From NCBI GenBank assembly GCA_052145775.1, contig JBKQNY010000007.1, forward strand, positions 958 to 64,957: a stretch of 64,000 nucleotides of DNA, read 5' to 3'. Below the pieces are notes generated by a model, which saw nothing but the letters and a program-made list of their open reading frames with translations, did no database searches and was not told the DNA's origin. The position numbers and the translations under genes were made by a program. Positions 19,536 through 27,493 of this stretch are shown one piece after another. Within the stretch, counting starts at the first letter, position 1. Every line of letters begins with the position of its first letter. The DNA comes from Acidimicrobiales bacterium. Lineage in GTDB: Bacteria > Actinomycetota > Acidimicrobiia > Acidimicrobiales > RAAP-2.

Positions 19536-19726
19536 GGCATGAAAGGAACGAGCTCATCTACGAGCTCCGTCGGCTGTGCATGGAAGACGGGGGATGCGCT
19601 GACGATCGCACGTGCATTCAGCGATTGGTGGCACCCCCCAGCTGCGCCGTGGCTCAGCGTTGAGGGGCACCCTGTCCACGAGGACGGGTCAACTCCGTGA
19701 ACAGTGCAGTCAGGGGTCGGGCAACG

Positions 19727-20020
19727 TTACGGACGCCAGACGTGAATGACGGAAATCTCATCCCGTTCTGGTTCGGGAGGCAGCTCGTCGCCGAATACTT
19801 CACCAAGCAGCCCATGGACGACAGGGTGAAGACGTTCCTCAACGAACTGGTCCCAGTCGGCTTCTGACTCCCAGACGTCGATGTACTGAAGTCCTCCCTC
19901 TGGACGCTCCATGGCAATGTGAGTGATCAGACCCTTCGGGGGCTCTTTGCCGAGTCCATCGGTGATGCGCCTGCAGAAAGCAGCATCGATGGGGACGTGC
20001 TGGGTGAATGCGTACGCCAT
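19727..20020 (-). CDS. Hypothetical small protein, ABM-like (dimeric alpha+beta barrel) by eye
   Basis: 97 aa. ITHIAMERPEGGLQYIDVWESEADWDQFVEERLHPVV resembles the ABM/EthD-type core. GGGAGG lies 6 nt before the ATG. Lower-GC codon usage. Confidence 0.55.
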   Translation of the reverse strand: MAYAFTQHVPIDAAFCRRITDGLGKEPPKGLITHIAMERPEGGLQYIDVWESEADWDQFVEERLHPVVHGLLGEVFGDELPPEPERDEISVIHVWRP

Positions 20021-20258
20021 GGCTGGGCCTCCCGACTTCGTTCGAATTCTATTTCAATCGCTCATGCTGTCCACGGGTGAAGGTCAGTGGCTCCGTGGAT
20101 GCACTTCAACCGCCCACAGGAGGCAGCACCGCGAGTCCCTTCCACTGTGAGGACGCGCGCGGTTCCGGCAGCATTCGGGGATACACGCCCATGACTTTCG
20201 CATCCGGGCCATTGGGGTGGACCGGGGACAGAACGTTGTCATCGAATACGACATTCGC

Positions 20259-23200
20259 TCAACTCGTCGTCGGCACGGCTCCCACGATATTGGCCACGTG
20301 CACTCCCACCCCGGGCAACGACCCGACGAACCCGGCGTCGCCGAAGGCGAAGATCCCGCCGTCGGCCCCGATCAGCCAGTAGCCGCCTGTGTCCGCGGTG
20401 TGGACGATCCCGATGACGGGCTGGGCCGGGGTGACGCCCAAGGCCGGCAGTGTGCCGAAGCCCCTGGCGTCACCGAAGGGGCGCACCGCGCCGTTCTTGG
20501 TCACGATCCAGTACCCGCCCCCATCGGGGGTCCCGGCGATTGCCGTCACCGGCGAGGAGGTGCCGGTGACAGATCCCAGGGTCTGGGCAGCCCCGAATCC
20601 GTAGACGGTGCCGTCGGCGGCCACCAGCCAGTAGCCGTTGCCCGAGGGGGTGGCCGCGATCCCGATGATGTCGTCGCGGTGCAACCCCATCCCCGGCAAG
20701 GAGCCCAGGTAGGTGGCATTCCCGAAGGCGAACACCCCGCCGTCCTTGCCGACCAGGAAGTAGCCCCCGTCTGTGCCCGTGGGCACGAGGCCGGCGATAG
20801 GTTGAGCGGGCTTGACCCCGAGCCCGGGGAGCGAGCCCAGGAACGGGGCGTTGCCGAAGGCGAAGACCCCGCCGTCCGATCCAACGAGGAAGTAGCCCTG
20901 GCCCGAGGCCGTGGGCACCATGCCCACTACGTCGTTCACCTCCACCCCGAGGCCCGGGAGGGACCCGAAGAAGCCGCCCGCGGTCCCCGGCGGGGAGAAG
21001 ACGAAGACCCCACCGTCGGATCCCACCATGTCGTAGCCGGCGGTCTTGGCGGTTGGAGGCGGTGGAGACGGGGCCTTTGTTGTCGTCGGTGTAGTGTTCG
21101 GCGGCGGGGCCTTGCCGATGGCGAAGATCGTTCCCACCAGCTCAGCCACGGTCGGGCTCGAGGAACCAGAGAGGTTGGCGGTGCTGCACCCTGTGGCGTT
21201 GACGGCGCTCTGGGGCGACACCTTCTGCCAGGCCTGGGCCGCGGGGATCCACCACGAGAGGGACTGTCCCGACGCTAGGCCACACACGGTGACGGTGACC
21301 GCGCTGAAGGAACCGCCGGGGGCAGTGTGGACGTCGAAGTAGGTTGTCCCGGTCGACAAGGCGGCGACTGGGTCCGACGGATAGGTTGACACGGTGATGG
21401 TGCCGGTGCCGCTCGTGGAAGCCGAGACGGTGACCGGCGGTTTCTGCGTCGAAGCCGACGGATTGGTCCCCGACGCGCTCTTTGTCCCTTGCGGCGCCAC
21501 CGAAGTCGGTACCACGGGGTTCGAGAATGTCGACGGTGTGCTTGTGCCGTCGGCGTTGTGCGCCTTCACGGTGAAGCTGTAGGCCGTCCCGTTCCTGAGT
21601 CCGGTCACTGTGCAGGTGAGGGCGCCTATGGTGGTGCAGGTCTTCTTTGTCGGTGTGGAGGTCACGGTGTACTTGGTGACCGGGCTGCCACCTGTTGTCG
21701 TCGGTGCGCTCCAGGTGACATTGGCCTTGGCGTCGCCGGCGGTGGCCGTGGGCTTCCCCGGCTTCCCGGGCGCCGTGACCTCCGTCCCTGTGGACGCGGG
21801 GAACACAGTCACCGACTGGCGATAAGTGTCCGTGACCCAGACGTGGGTACCATCCGAGGAGACAGCCGTGGGATCGTCGAAGCCGTAACGTGTCGCTGTA
21901 AGCACCTGCACCTGCTCGCCGGTCGACGCGTCCAGCTCGGTCACGGTGTTGTTGCCCGTGTTGGCGACCCAGACGTGTGTCCCATCGGAACTCAGATCGC
22001 TGGGGTCGTCGAAGCCATAGCGTGTCGCTGTAAGCACCTGCACCTGTGCGCCGGTCGACGCGTCCAGCTCGGTCACTGTTGTGTCTGCGACTACTTTTGG
22101 ATTTTCGTCGTTGATGACCCACACGTGGGTGCCGTCGGAGGACACGGTGGTTGGGTGTTCGAAGCCTGTGATCCTCTGCACCAGCGCGCCCGTCGAGGCG
22201 TCCAGCTCGGTCACCGATGTGTAGTTGGTGATCCACACGTGGGTGCCGTCGGAGGACACATCACGGATGTCGTCGAAGCCGTATGTCGAACCCTTGAGCA
22301 CCTGCACGAGCGCGCCCGTCGCGGCGTCCAGCTCGGTCACGCTAGAACCGTTGGCGACCCACACGTGGGTGCCGTCGGAGGATAGTGCGTGAGGGTAGGA
22401 AAAACCGAACGTCGACCCCTTGAGCACCTGCACCAGCGCTCCGGTCGAGGCGTCCAGTTCGGTCACGGTTGTGTTGTCGGCGTTGGCCACCCACACGTGG
22501 GTGCCGTCGGAGGACACGGCCATGGGATCGTCAAAGCCGTATGTGGACGCAGATAGCACCTTCACCAGAGCCCCGGTCGACGCGTTCAGCTCGGTCACCG
22601 TTGTGTCGCGCGAGTTGATGACCCACACGTCGGTGCCGTCCGAGGACACGGCGTCGGGGGTGGAGAAGCCATATGTCGAGCCCTTGAGCACCTGGACGAG
22701 ACTCCCGGTCGAGGCCTCCATTTCGGTCACGCTGGTTCCACCCCAGTTGGGGACCCATACGTGGGTGCCATCGGAGACCACGCCATAGGGGTGGTCGAAG
22801 CCGTATGTCGACCCCTTGATCACCTGCACGAGCGCCCCGGTCGAGGCGTCCAGCTCGGTCACGCTGCCGGTCACACCGGTGCCTGGGACGACGTTGGTAA
22901 CCCACACATGGGTGCCGTCGGAGGATACGGCGCTGGGGTCGTCGAAGCCGTATGTCGACCCCTTGAGCACCTGCACCAGCGCCCCGGTCGAGGCGTCCAG
23001 CTCGGTCACGCTTGTGCCATCCGAGTTGGTGACCCAAACGCGTGTACCCACGGCGGACACGGCGTCGGGATAGTCGAAGCCGTATGTGTAGCCCTGGATC
23101 CGCTTTACCGTTGTTCCGGTCCACTCGGCCACAGCATTGGTGCCGGTCATCCAGACAGTTGTGCCGTCGGCGGACACGTCGTACGCGTCGAATGTTGTGA

Positions 23201-23732
23201 TCGGCACCTTGACCACCCTTATCAGCGCCCCTGTCGAGGCGTTCAGTTCGGCGAGCGTCTCGCCACCGGCGACCCAGACGTGCGCCCCTTGGCAGGACAC
23301 GGCGCGGGCGGCGAAACCGTCGGCGGACGCTGTGATCACCCTGACCAGCGCCCCGCTCGAGGCGTCCAGCTCCGTGACATGTGTGCCTGTTTCGTTGGTC
23401 ACCCACACGCTGGTCCCGTTGGTGCACAGACGAAAGGGACGGTCGAAGCCGTATTGCGAGCCCTCGATGACCCTGACCAGCGCCCCCGTGGAGGCATTCA
23501 GTTCGGTCACTGCGTCGTCCCCGGCGTTTGCGACCCATACGGCTGTGCCGTCGGAGTCCACTCCGTAGGGGACGTTGAATCCCCAGCCCAGGACTTTCGG
23601 TCCCATCAACGCCCCCGGCGCAGGACTTGCCGACGCCGTCCCAGAAGAGACCGGAAACGCCATGGCGCCGACCGTCGCCAGTGGTAACAGGAGAAGCCAG
23701 AAGCTGGGCCGCCTGATGCTCACCGCACGCAC
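20259..23732 (-). CDS. Secreted 1157-aa multi-repeat protein: signal peptide, 14 propeller-blade-like repeats, FN3, Pro/Thr linker, 6 C-terminal GYWLV..DGGVF.FG repeats
   Basis: Tracked ORF. Signal peptide MRAVSIRRPSFWLLLLPLATVGAMAFPVSSGTASA. Repeats of the type THVWVAN..TVTELDASTGALVQVLKGSTYGFDDP.AVSSDG. FN3-like PGKPGKPTATAGDAKANVTWSAP...GLRNGTAYSFTVKAHNADG. By SD spacing (GGAG, then 9 nt) the second GTG at 23723 may be the true start. Confidence 0.85.
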   Translation of the reverse strand: MRAVSIRRPSFWLLLLPLATVGAMAFPVSSGTASASPAPGALMGPKVLGWGFNVPYGVDSDGTAVWVANAGDDAVTELNASTGALVRVIEGSQYGFDRPFRLCTNGTSVWVTNETGTHVTELDASSGALVRVITASADGFAARAVSCQGAHVWVAGGETLAELNASTGALIRVVKVPITTFDAYDVSADGTTVWMTGTNAVAEWTGTTVKRIQGYTYGFDYPDAVSAVGTRVWVTNSDGTSVTELDASTGALVQVLKGSTYGFDDPSAVSSDGTHVWVTNVVPGTGVTGSVTELDASTGALVQVIKGSTYGFDHPYGVVSDGTHVWVPNWGGTSVTEMEASTGSLVQVLKGSTYGFSTPDAVSSDGTDVWVINSRDTTVTELNASTGALVKVLSASTYGFDDPMAVSSDGTHVWVANADNTTVTELDASTGALVQVLKGSTFGFSYPHALSSDGTHVWVANGSSVTELDAATGALVQVLKGSTYGFDDIRDVSSDGTHVWITNYTSVTELDASTGALVQRITGFEHPTTVSSDGTHVWVINDENPKVVADTTVTELDASTGAQVQVLTATRYGFDDPSDLSSDGTHVWVANTGNNTVTELDASTGEQVQVLTATRYGFDDPTAVSSDGTHVWVTDTYRQSVTVFPASTGTEVTAPGKPGKPTATAGDAKANVTWSAPTTTGGSPVTKYTVTSTPTKKTCTTIGALTCTVTGLRNGTAYSFTVKAHNADGTSTPSTFSNPVVPTSVAPQGTKSASGTNPSASTQKPPVTVSASTSGTGTITVSTYPSDPVAALSTGTTYFDVHTAPGGSFSAVTVTVCGLASGQSLSWWIPAAQAWQKVSPQSAVNATGCSTANLSGSSSPTVAELVGTIFAIGKAPPPNTTPTTTKAPSPPPPTAKTAGYDMVGSDGGVFVFSPPGTAGGFFGSLPGLGVEVNDVVGMVPTASGQGYFLVGSDGGVFAFGNAPFLGSLPGLGVKPAQPIAGLVPTGTDGGYFLVGKDGGVFAFGNATYLGSLPGMGLHRDDIIGIAATPSGNGYWLVAADGTVYGFGAAQTLGSVTGTSSPVTAIAGTPDGGGYWIVTKNGAVRPFGDARGFGTLPALGVTPAQPVIGIVHTADTGGYWLIGADGGIFAFGDAGFVGSLPGVGVHVANIVGAVPTTS
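20262..21038 (-). repeat. 6 tandem ~40-codon coding repeats (GY[WF]LV..DGGVF.FG.A.F.GSLPG) at the C-terminus of the 1157-aa gene
   Basis: Counted on the last 259 aa: GYDMVGSDGGVFVF, GYFLVGSDGGVFAFGNAPFLGSLPG, GYFLVGKDGGVFAFGNATYLGSLPG, GYWLVAADGTVYGFG, GYWIVTKNGAVRPFG, GYWLIGADGGIFAFGDAGFVGSLPG. Confidence 0.8.
21780..23580 (-). repeat. 14 tandem in-frame coding repeats (38-50 codons each) inside the 1157-aa gene
   Basis: Repeat boundaries counted on the protein (aa ~52-652): units of 44,43,41,39,44,49,44,44,44,42,38,50,44 and about 24 aa, each ...SSDG / T[HT]VWV. DNA words such as cacgtgggtgccgtcggagga recur at about 22121, 22231, 22351 and 22481. Coordinates are approximate (+/- 10 nt). 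Confidence 0.85.
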
Positions 23733-23750
23733 CTCCGCCTCTCGCCCAAG

Positions 23751-23782
23751 GATCCCGGTCTTCCAAAAGCGTTACCGGGATC
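23751..23782 (-). promoter_or_regulatory. 9-bp stem hairpin (GATCCCGGT / ACCGGGATC, 14-nt loop) in the leader, 19 nt upstream of the repeat-protein start codon
   Basis: Read directly: gatcccggt-cttccaaaagcgtt-accgggatc. No U-tract, and the role is unknown. Confidence 0.35.
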
Positions 23783-24077
23783 AGAATTTTGCAAGAGCGT
23801 ACGCGTTCGAAGCCATCGGCGACCGGTCGCTCCTGGATGCCCCCTGCCACGCATAGTCGGGGTCAGCCCTGAGCGTGGCATAGGTGCCGGTCGGAGCGCA
23901 GGCCACGATCGCGAACACTTGCGTGAGTGGGTCACCAGACCCCGCCCAAACCCGAGGTGCTGGTTTCATCGGTTCACTGACGGCGAGGACGCGCTCAATT
24001 GCCGGACACTGGGTCGGGGCGGCATCCAGCCGGGAAGTGGTCGATCCCGTGGATCCGACGCGTGCGACGATGGGCCC

Positions 24078-24476
24078 GTGGCCGGCTCCTCACCGTCGCC
24101 TCTGGCCCGCAAGCTTGGCATCGTCGACGGTGCCGTCGTCGTGCTCCTGGGCCCGCCCCCCGATTTTCAGCTCGACGTGCCGGAGAGTGTCACGGTAAGA
24201 CGGCAGCTTCGCGGGAGCGCCGACGTGGCCTTCGTGTTCGCCACGAGCTCCTCTCACCTGCACCGGCGGTTCGAACGGCTGGCCGCTTCGGTCTTCCCGT
24301 CCGGTGGGCTCTGGATCGCCTGGCCGAAGCGGTCGTCGGGCGTCCCGACCGACGTGACGGACCACGTGGTCCGCCGGCTGGCGATCGAGCACGGCTTGGT
24401 CGACAACAAGGTCTGTGCCGTCGACGACACCTGGACGGCCCTGCGCGTCGTCTGGCGTCGTGAGCATCGGCCGTGA
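24078..24476 (+). CDS. DUF3052-like hypothetical protein
   Basis: Tracked ORF 23919..24476. From the GTG at 24078: VAGSSPSPLARKLGIVDGAVVVLLGPPPDF...GGLWIAWPKRSSGVPTDVTDHVVRRLAIEHGLVDNKVCAVDDTWTALRVVWR. This matches my memory of the family; the family name is unverified. Confidence 0.6.
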   Translation: MAGSSPSPLARKLGIVDGAVVVLLGPPPDFQLDVPESVTVRRQLRGSADVAFVFATSSSHLHRRFERLAASVFPSGGLWIAWPKRSSGVPTDVTDHVVRRLAIEHGLVDNKVCAVDDTWTALRVVWRREHRP

Positions 24477-24593
24477 GTTCCCGTCGGGCGGGTGGCCGTC
24501 GACCACGGTCGGCGGGCGGCCCGGTCACCAGGAAGGTTGCGCCCTCGACCGCCGGCGCGCCGATCCCGCGGCGACCGGGGCGGTCAGCCTTCG

Positions 24594-25343
24594 TCAGTCG
24601 GCACGGCGGGCGATGAACACGAGCTCCCGACCGGGTCGATCTGGAGCCCCCCGGACGTCGATGACCGCGAAGCCCGCCTCCCCCAGTGAGCTCTCGAACC
24701 GAGCGCGGCTTCGGAATCGAAGCGTCGAATCCGAGGTGTACATGGCACCGTCGATGCTGAAGAGGTACGTGGAACGGAACGACACGACATCTTGGCGCAC
24801 GTCGGTCACGTCGACCCAGTACTCGACCGGTCCGACACCCTCGAGCACGGCCCGCGTGTAGGTCTCCTCGCGGGTCCATCGACGCCACGCCCGGTCCTCG
24901 GGCATACGGCTCTCGAAGACCAGGTGGCCGCCGGGCCGCAGCGCCCGGTGGCAGGCGCTGAGCGTGGCCGTCCACTCGTCGTCGGTAACGAAGACCTGGG
25001 CGACGTTCCCGGTCATGGTGGCGAGGTCGACCTGCAGCGCTGGCAGCGCATCCATGTCGCCGTGCACCCATGTCACTCGCTCGGCACCGCGCTTGCGGCG
25101 AGCGACGTCCAACGAGGCGCCAGCGGGGTCCAGGCCGGTCACCTCCACGCCTCGGCCCGCCAGCATGCAGGCCAACGTCCCGGTGCCGCAGCCGATGTCG
25201 AGCACCCGCTCCGCGCCGAAGTCGTCCACGATGGCACGGTAGGCCTCAAGGTCCGATCGGTCGGGCTCGAGCGGGTCGTAGATCTCGGCGAGGCGAGGGA
25301 GCTCAAATTGCGCATCGGCCACCGCGTGACGATACGGGATCAC
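24594..25343 (-). CDS. Class I SAM-dependent methyltransferase
   Basis: Tracked ORF 24594..25496. SAM motif I VLDIGCGTGTLACMLAGRG, then RPGGHLVF. GTG at 25343 avoids overlap with the divergent hydrolase gene. Confidence 0.85.
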   Translation of the reverse strand: MIPYRHAVADAQFELPRLAEIYDPLEPDRSDLEAYRAIVDDFGAERVLDIGCGTGTLACMLAGRGVEVTGLDPAGASLDVARRKRGAERVTWVHGDMDALPALQVDLATMTGNVAQVFVTDDEWTATLSACHRALRPGGHLVFESRMPEDRAWRRWTREETYTRAVLEGVGPVEYWVDVTDVRQDVVSFRSTYLFSIDGAMYTSDSTLRFRSRARFESSLGEAGFAVIDVRGAPDRPGRELVFIARRAD

Positions 25344-25389
25344 GTCGGCCTGGCAGCATGGCCTGAGCCCCCGACCGAGGAGTGAGGAG

Positions 25390-26199
25390 ATGTCGCCACC
25401 GACGGGCCACACGCTGGATGTCCCCGGGGCGCGTCTGTACTTCGAGGTGCAGGGCTCGGGTCCCGCGCTCATGCTGGTCGGCCACCCGATGGGCATCTCG
25501 GGGTTCGCCTCGATCGCGCCATTTCTCGCCGAGGCCTACACCGTCGTCACCTACGACCCGCGAGGGTTCGCCCGCAGCACGATCGACGACCCCGACCAGG
25601 ACGCCGACCCGGACCTGCTGGCCGACGACGCACGCTGCGTCCTCGATGCGGTCGGCACGGTGCCCGCGCGGGTCTTCGGCAGCAGCGGGGGTGCGGTCAC
25701 GGGCCTGGCGCTGGTCGCCCGCCACCCCGACCACGTTGAAAGCCTCGTCGCCCACGAGCCGCCGCTCACCCTGCTCCTGCCCGAAGCCGAAGAAGCACGC
25801 GCCGGCATGCAGGAGATCTACGACACGTACCGCGACCTCGGCGTCGGCGCCGCCTGGGAGAAGTTCTCCTCCTTCACCGGCATGGACACCCGCCACCAGG
25901 ACGACGCCGTCGATGCGCAGCAGCCGTCGGCCGAGGTGATGGCGACGAGCGGGCGCTTCTTCGGCCATGGCCTCCTGCCCATCGCCCTCTACCAGCCAGA
26001 CTTCTCCGCCCTCCGGGCGGCGCCGTCCCGGCTCATCGTCGGCGGGGGATCGTCCTCCAAGGGCGAGTTCCCTCAGCGCACCGCCGTCGCGCTCGCCGAG
26101 CGACTGGGCACGCACCTGATCGATTTCCCAGGGGGACACACCGGCTTCGTCAGCGAGCCGAGGGAATTCGCAGCCGTCCTCCTCCGCACCCTGGCGTAG
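25390..26199 (+). CDS. Alpha/beta-fold hydrolase
   Basis: 269 aa. ALMLVGHPMG, nucleophile elbow RVFGSSGGAVTGLALVARHPDHV. Confidence 0.85.
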   Translation: MSPPTGHTLDVPGARLYFEVQGSGPALMLVGHPMGISGFASIAPFLAEAYTVVTYDPRGFARSTIDDPDQDADPDLLADDARCVLDAVGTVPARVFGSSGGAVTGLALVARHPDHVESLVAHEPPLTLLLPEAEEARAGMQEIYDTYRDLGVGAAWEKFSSFTGMDTRHQDDAVDAQQPSAEVMATSGRFFGHGLLPIALYQPDFSALRAAPSRLIVGGGSSSKGEFPQRTAVALAERLGTHLIDFPGGHTGFVSEPREFAAVLLRTLA

Positions 26200-26319
26200 C
26201 CCACCAAGGCTCGCGCCCGCATTGCAGCCCGCATCGCATCGGGTAGGCGGGTGAGCAGACCTCGTTCCCTTTTGGAAGGGCGCGGTCGCGGGCGCCGCAG
26301 CCTCGCACACCTCCGGGAC

Positions 26320-26353
26320 GAGCCCGGGAGTCAGTAGAGCCCGGGAGTCAGTC
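26320..26353. repeat. Direct tandem duplication of 17 nt (gagcccgggagtcagt[a/c]) spanning the stop codon of the ACAD gene
   Basis: Read directly: 26320-26336 gagcccgggagtcagta, 26337-26353 gagcccgggagtcagtc. The ACAD stop (tca on the plus strand) is at 26348-26350. Confidence 0.8.
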
Positions 26354-27475
26354 GAGCACGGCGGCCGCCACCGCCTCCTCCAGGGCGCTGGTGTCGGACC
26401 AGCTGAGCTGGAGCTGCTTGGCCCGGCGGAAGTAGAGCTGGATGTCGAAGTCGAGGGTGAAGCCGATGCCCCCGAAGACCTGCTGGGCCATGGCCGTCAC
26501 GTCCCGGAAGGTGCGGCAGGCGAAGAGCTTGGACATCGGCGCCAGGCGGTCGAGGGGCCGGCCCTCGGCGGCGGCCCACGCTGCCTCGTGGACAAGCTGC
26601 TCCCCGCCGTCGACGGTCGTCACCGCGTCGGAGAGGTAGTGGGCGATCGCCTGGAAGGCGCCGAGCGGCTTGTCGAACTGGCGGCGGTCCTTGGCGTACT
26701 GGACCGTGATGTCGAGCGCTTGGCGGGCCCCGCCGATGGCCTGGGCGGCCAGGAGGACCAGCCCGGGCTGGAGCACCTCGGACCAGGTGGCCCATCCCGA
26801 CCCCGCGCCGCCGATCCGCTCGGCTTCGCCGACGTGGACCGACTCGAGCACGACGTCGTACTGGCAGTCCGAGGCGATCGAGAACTGCTGGGCCAGGGTC
26901 ACGCCCCGTGCCGACGGATCCACCAGAAACAGGTCGACGTCGGCCGGCCCTTCGCCGGTGCGGGCCAACACCACCAGCCGGTCGGCGGCCTTGGCGAAGG
27001 TGACGTGGCGCTTGGTGCCCCTCAGCACGAAGCCCCCCGACGACGCCTCCGCCCGGAGCTGCACACCCAGCGGCGAGAAGGCGCCGCCCGGCTCGAGCCA
27101 CGCGGGGGTGAGCACAGCCTCTCCCGAGGCGACGGGCGGCAGCCATCGCTCCTTCTGCTCCTCGCTGCCGGCCAGGGCCAACGCGCCCCCGCACATGACG
27201 GCCGAGGGGAAGTGGGGGGTGGGGGCGAGCGCCCGGCCCAGCTCCTGGTAGAGGGCGACGCCCTCGAGGAGCGTCATGGACGAGCCGCCGTAGGGCTCGG
27301 GCAGGAGCAGGCCCACCAGGTCGAGCTCGCCCAGCTGGCGCCAGAGGGCGGCCGGGTAGCCGATCGGGTCGTCCTCCATCCGGCGCACCACCTCGAGCGG
27401 GCAGTGGCGGGCCAGCACGTCACGGGTGGTCGTCGCCAGCAGCTGCTGCTCGGGACTGAAGTCCAGGTCCAGCAC
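26348..27475 (-). CDS. Acyl-CoA dehydrogenase
   Basis: 375 aa. MLDLDFSPEQQLL, LLPEPYGGSSMTLLE, C-terminal QQVFGGIGFTLDFDIQLYFRRAKQLQL. Confidence 0.9.
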   Translation of the reverse strand: MLDLDFSPEQQLLATTTRDVLARHCPLEVVRRMEDDPIGYPAALWRQLGELDLVGLLLPEPYGGSSMTLLEGVALYQELGRALAPTPHFPSAVMCGGALALAGSEEQKERWLPPVASGEAVLTPAWLEPGGAFSPLGVQLRAEASSGGFVLRGTKRHVTFAKAADRLVVLARTGEGPADVDLFLVDPSARGVTLAQQFSIASDCQYDVVLESVHVGEAERIGGAGSGWATWSEVLQPGLVLLAAQAIGGARQALDITVQYAKDRRQFDKPLGAFQAIAHYLSDAVTTVDGGEQLVHEAAWAAAEGRPLDRLAPMSKLFACRTFRDVTAMAQQVFGGIGFTLDFDIQLYFRRAKQLQLSWSDTSALEEAVAAAVLD

Positions 27476-27493
27476 GGTCAGGTCACCTCCGGT

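Noticed and set aside
20040-20049. gttcgaattc, reminiscent of a tRNA T-arm (GGTTCGAATCC) and thus a possible tRNA-derived att site at the island edge
   Set aside because: It lacks the flanking GG/CC. No acceptor or anticodon stems can be drawn around it, and no second copy exists at the other island boundary.
21780-23580. Regularly spaced near-identical DNA repeats that could be mistaken for a CRISPR or other non-coding array
   Set aside because: The repeats are in frame within one long ORF and encode a conserved ~42-aa protein unit. The regions between them are also conserved at the protein level. No cas genes are present.
23781-23969. 62-codon minus-strand ORF (MKPAPRVWAGSGDPLTQVFAIVACAPTG...) immediately upstream of the repeat-protein gene
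   Set aside because: It has no SD, no recognisable motif and only intermediate codon bias. It may be a gene remnant or chance, so I cannot support it as a feature.
19536-26347. Calling the lower-GC island a mobile element (ICE, prophage or transposon)
   Set aside because: There is no integrase, transposase, relaxase or phage gene, and no terminal inverted or direct repeats or tRNA target. Only the compositional signal is present, so it is reported as an island rather than a mobile element.
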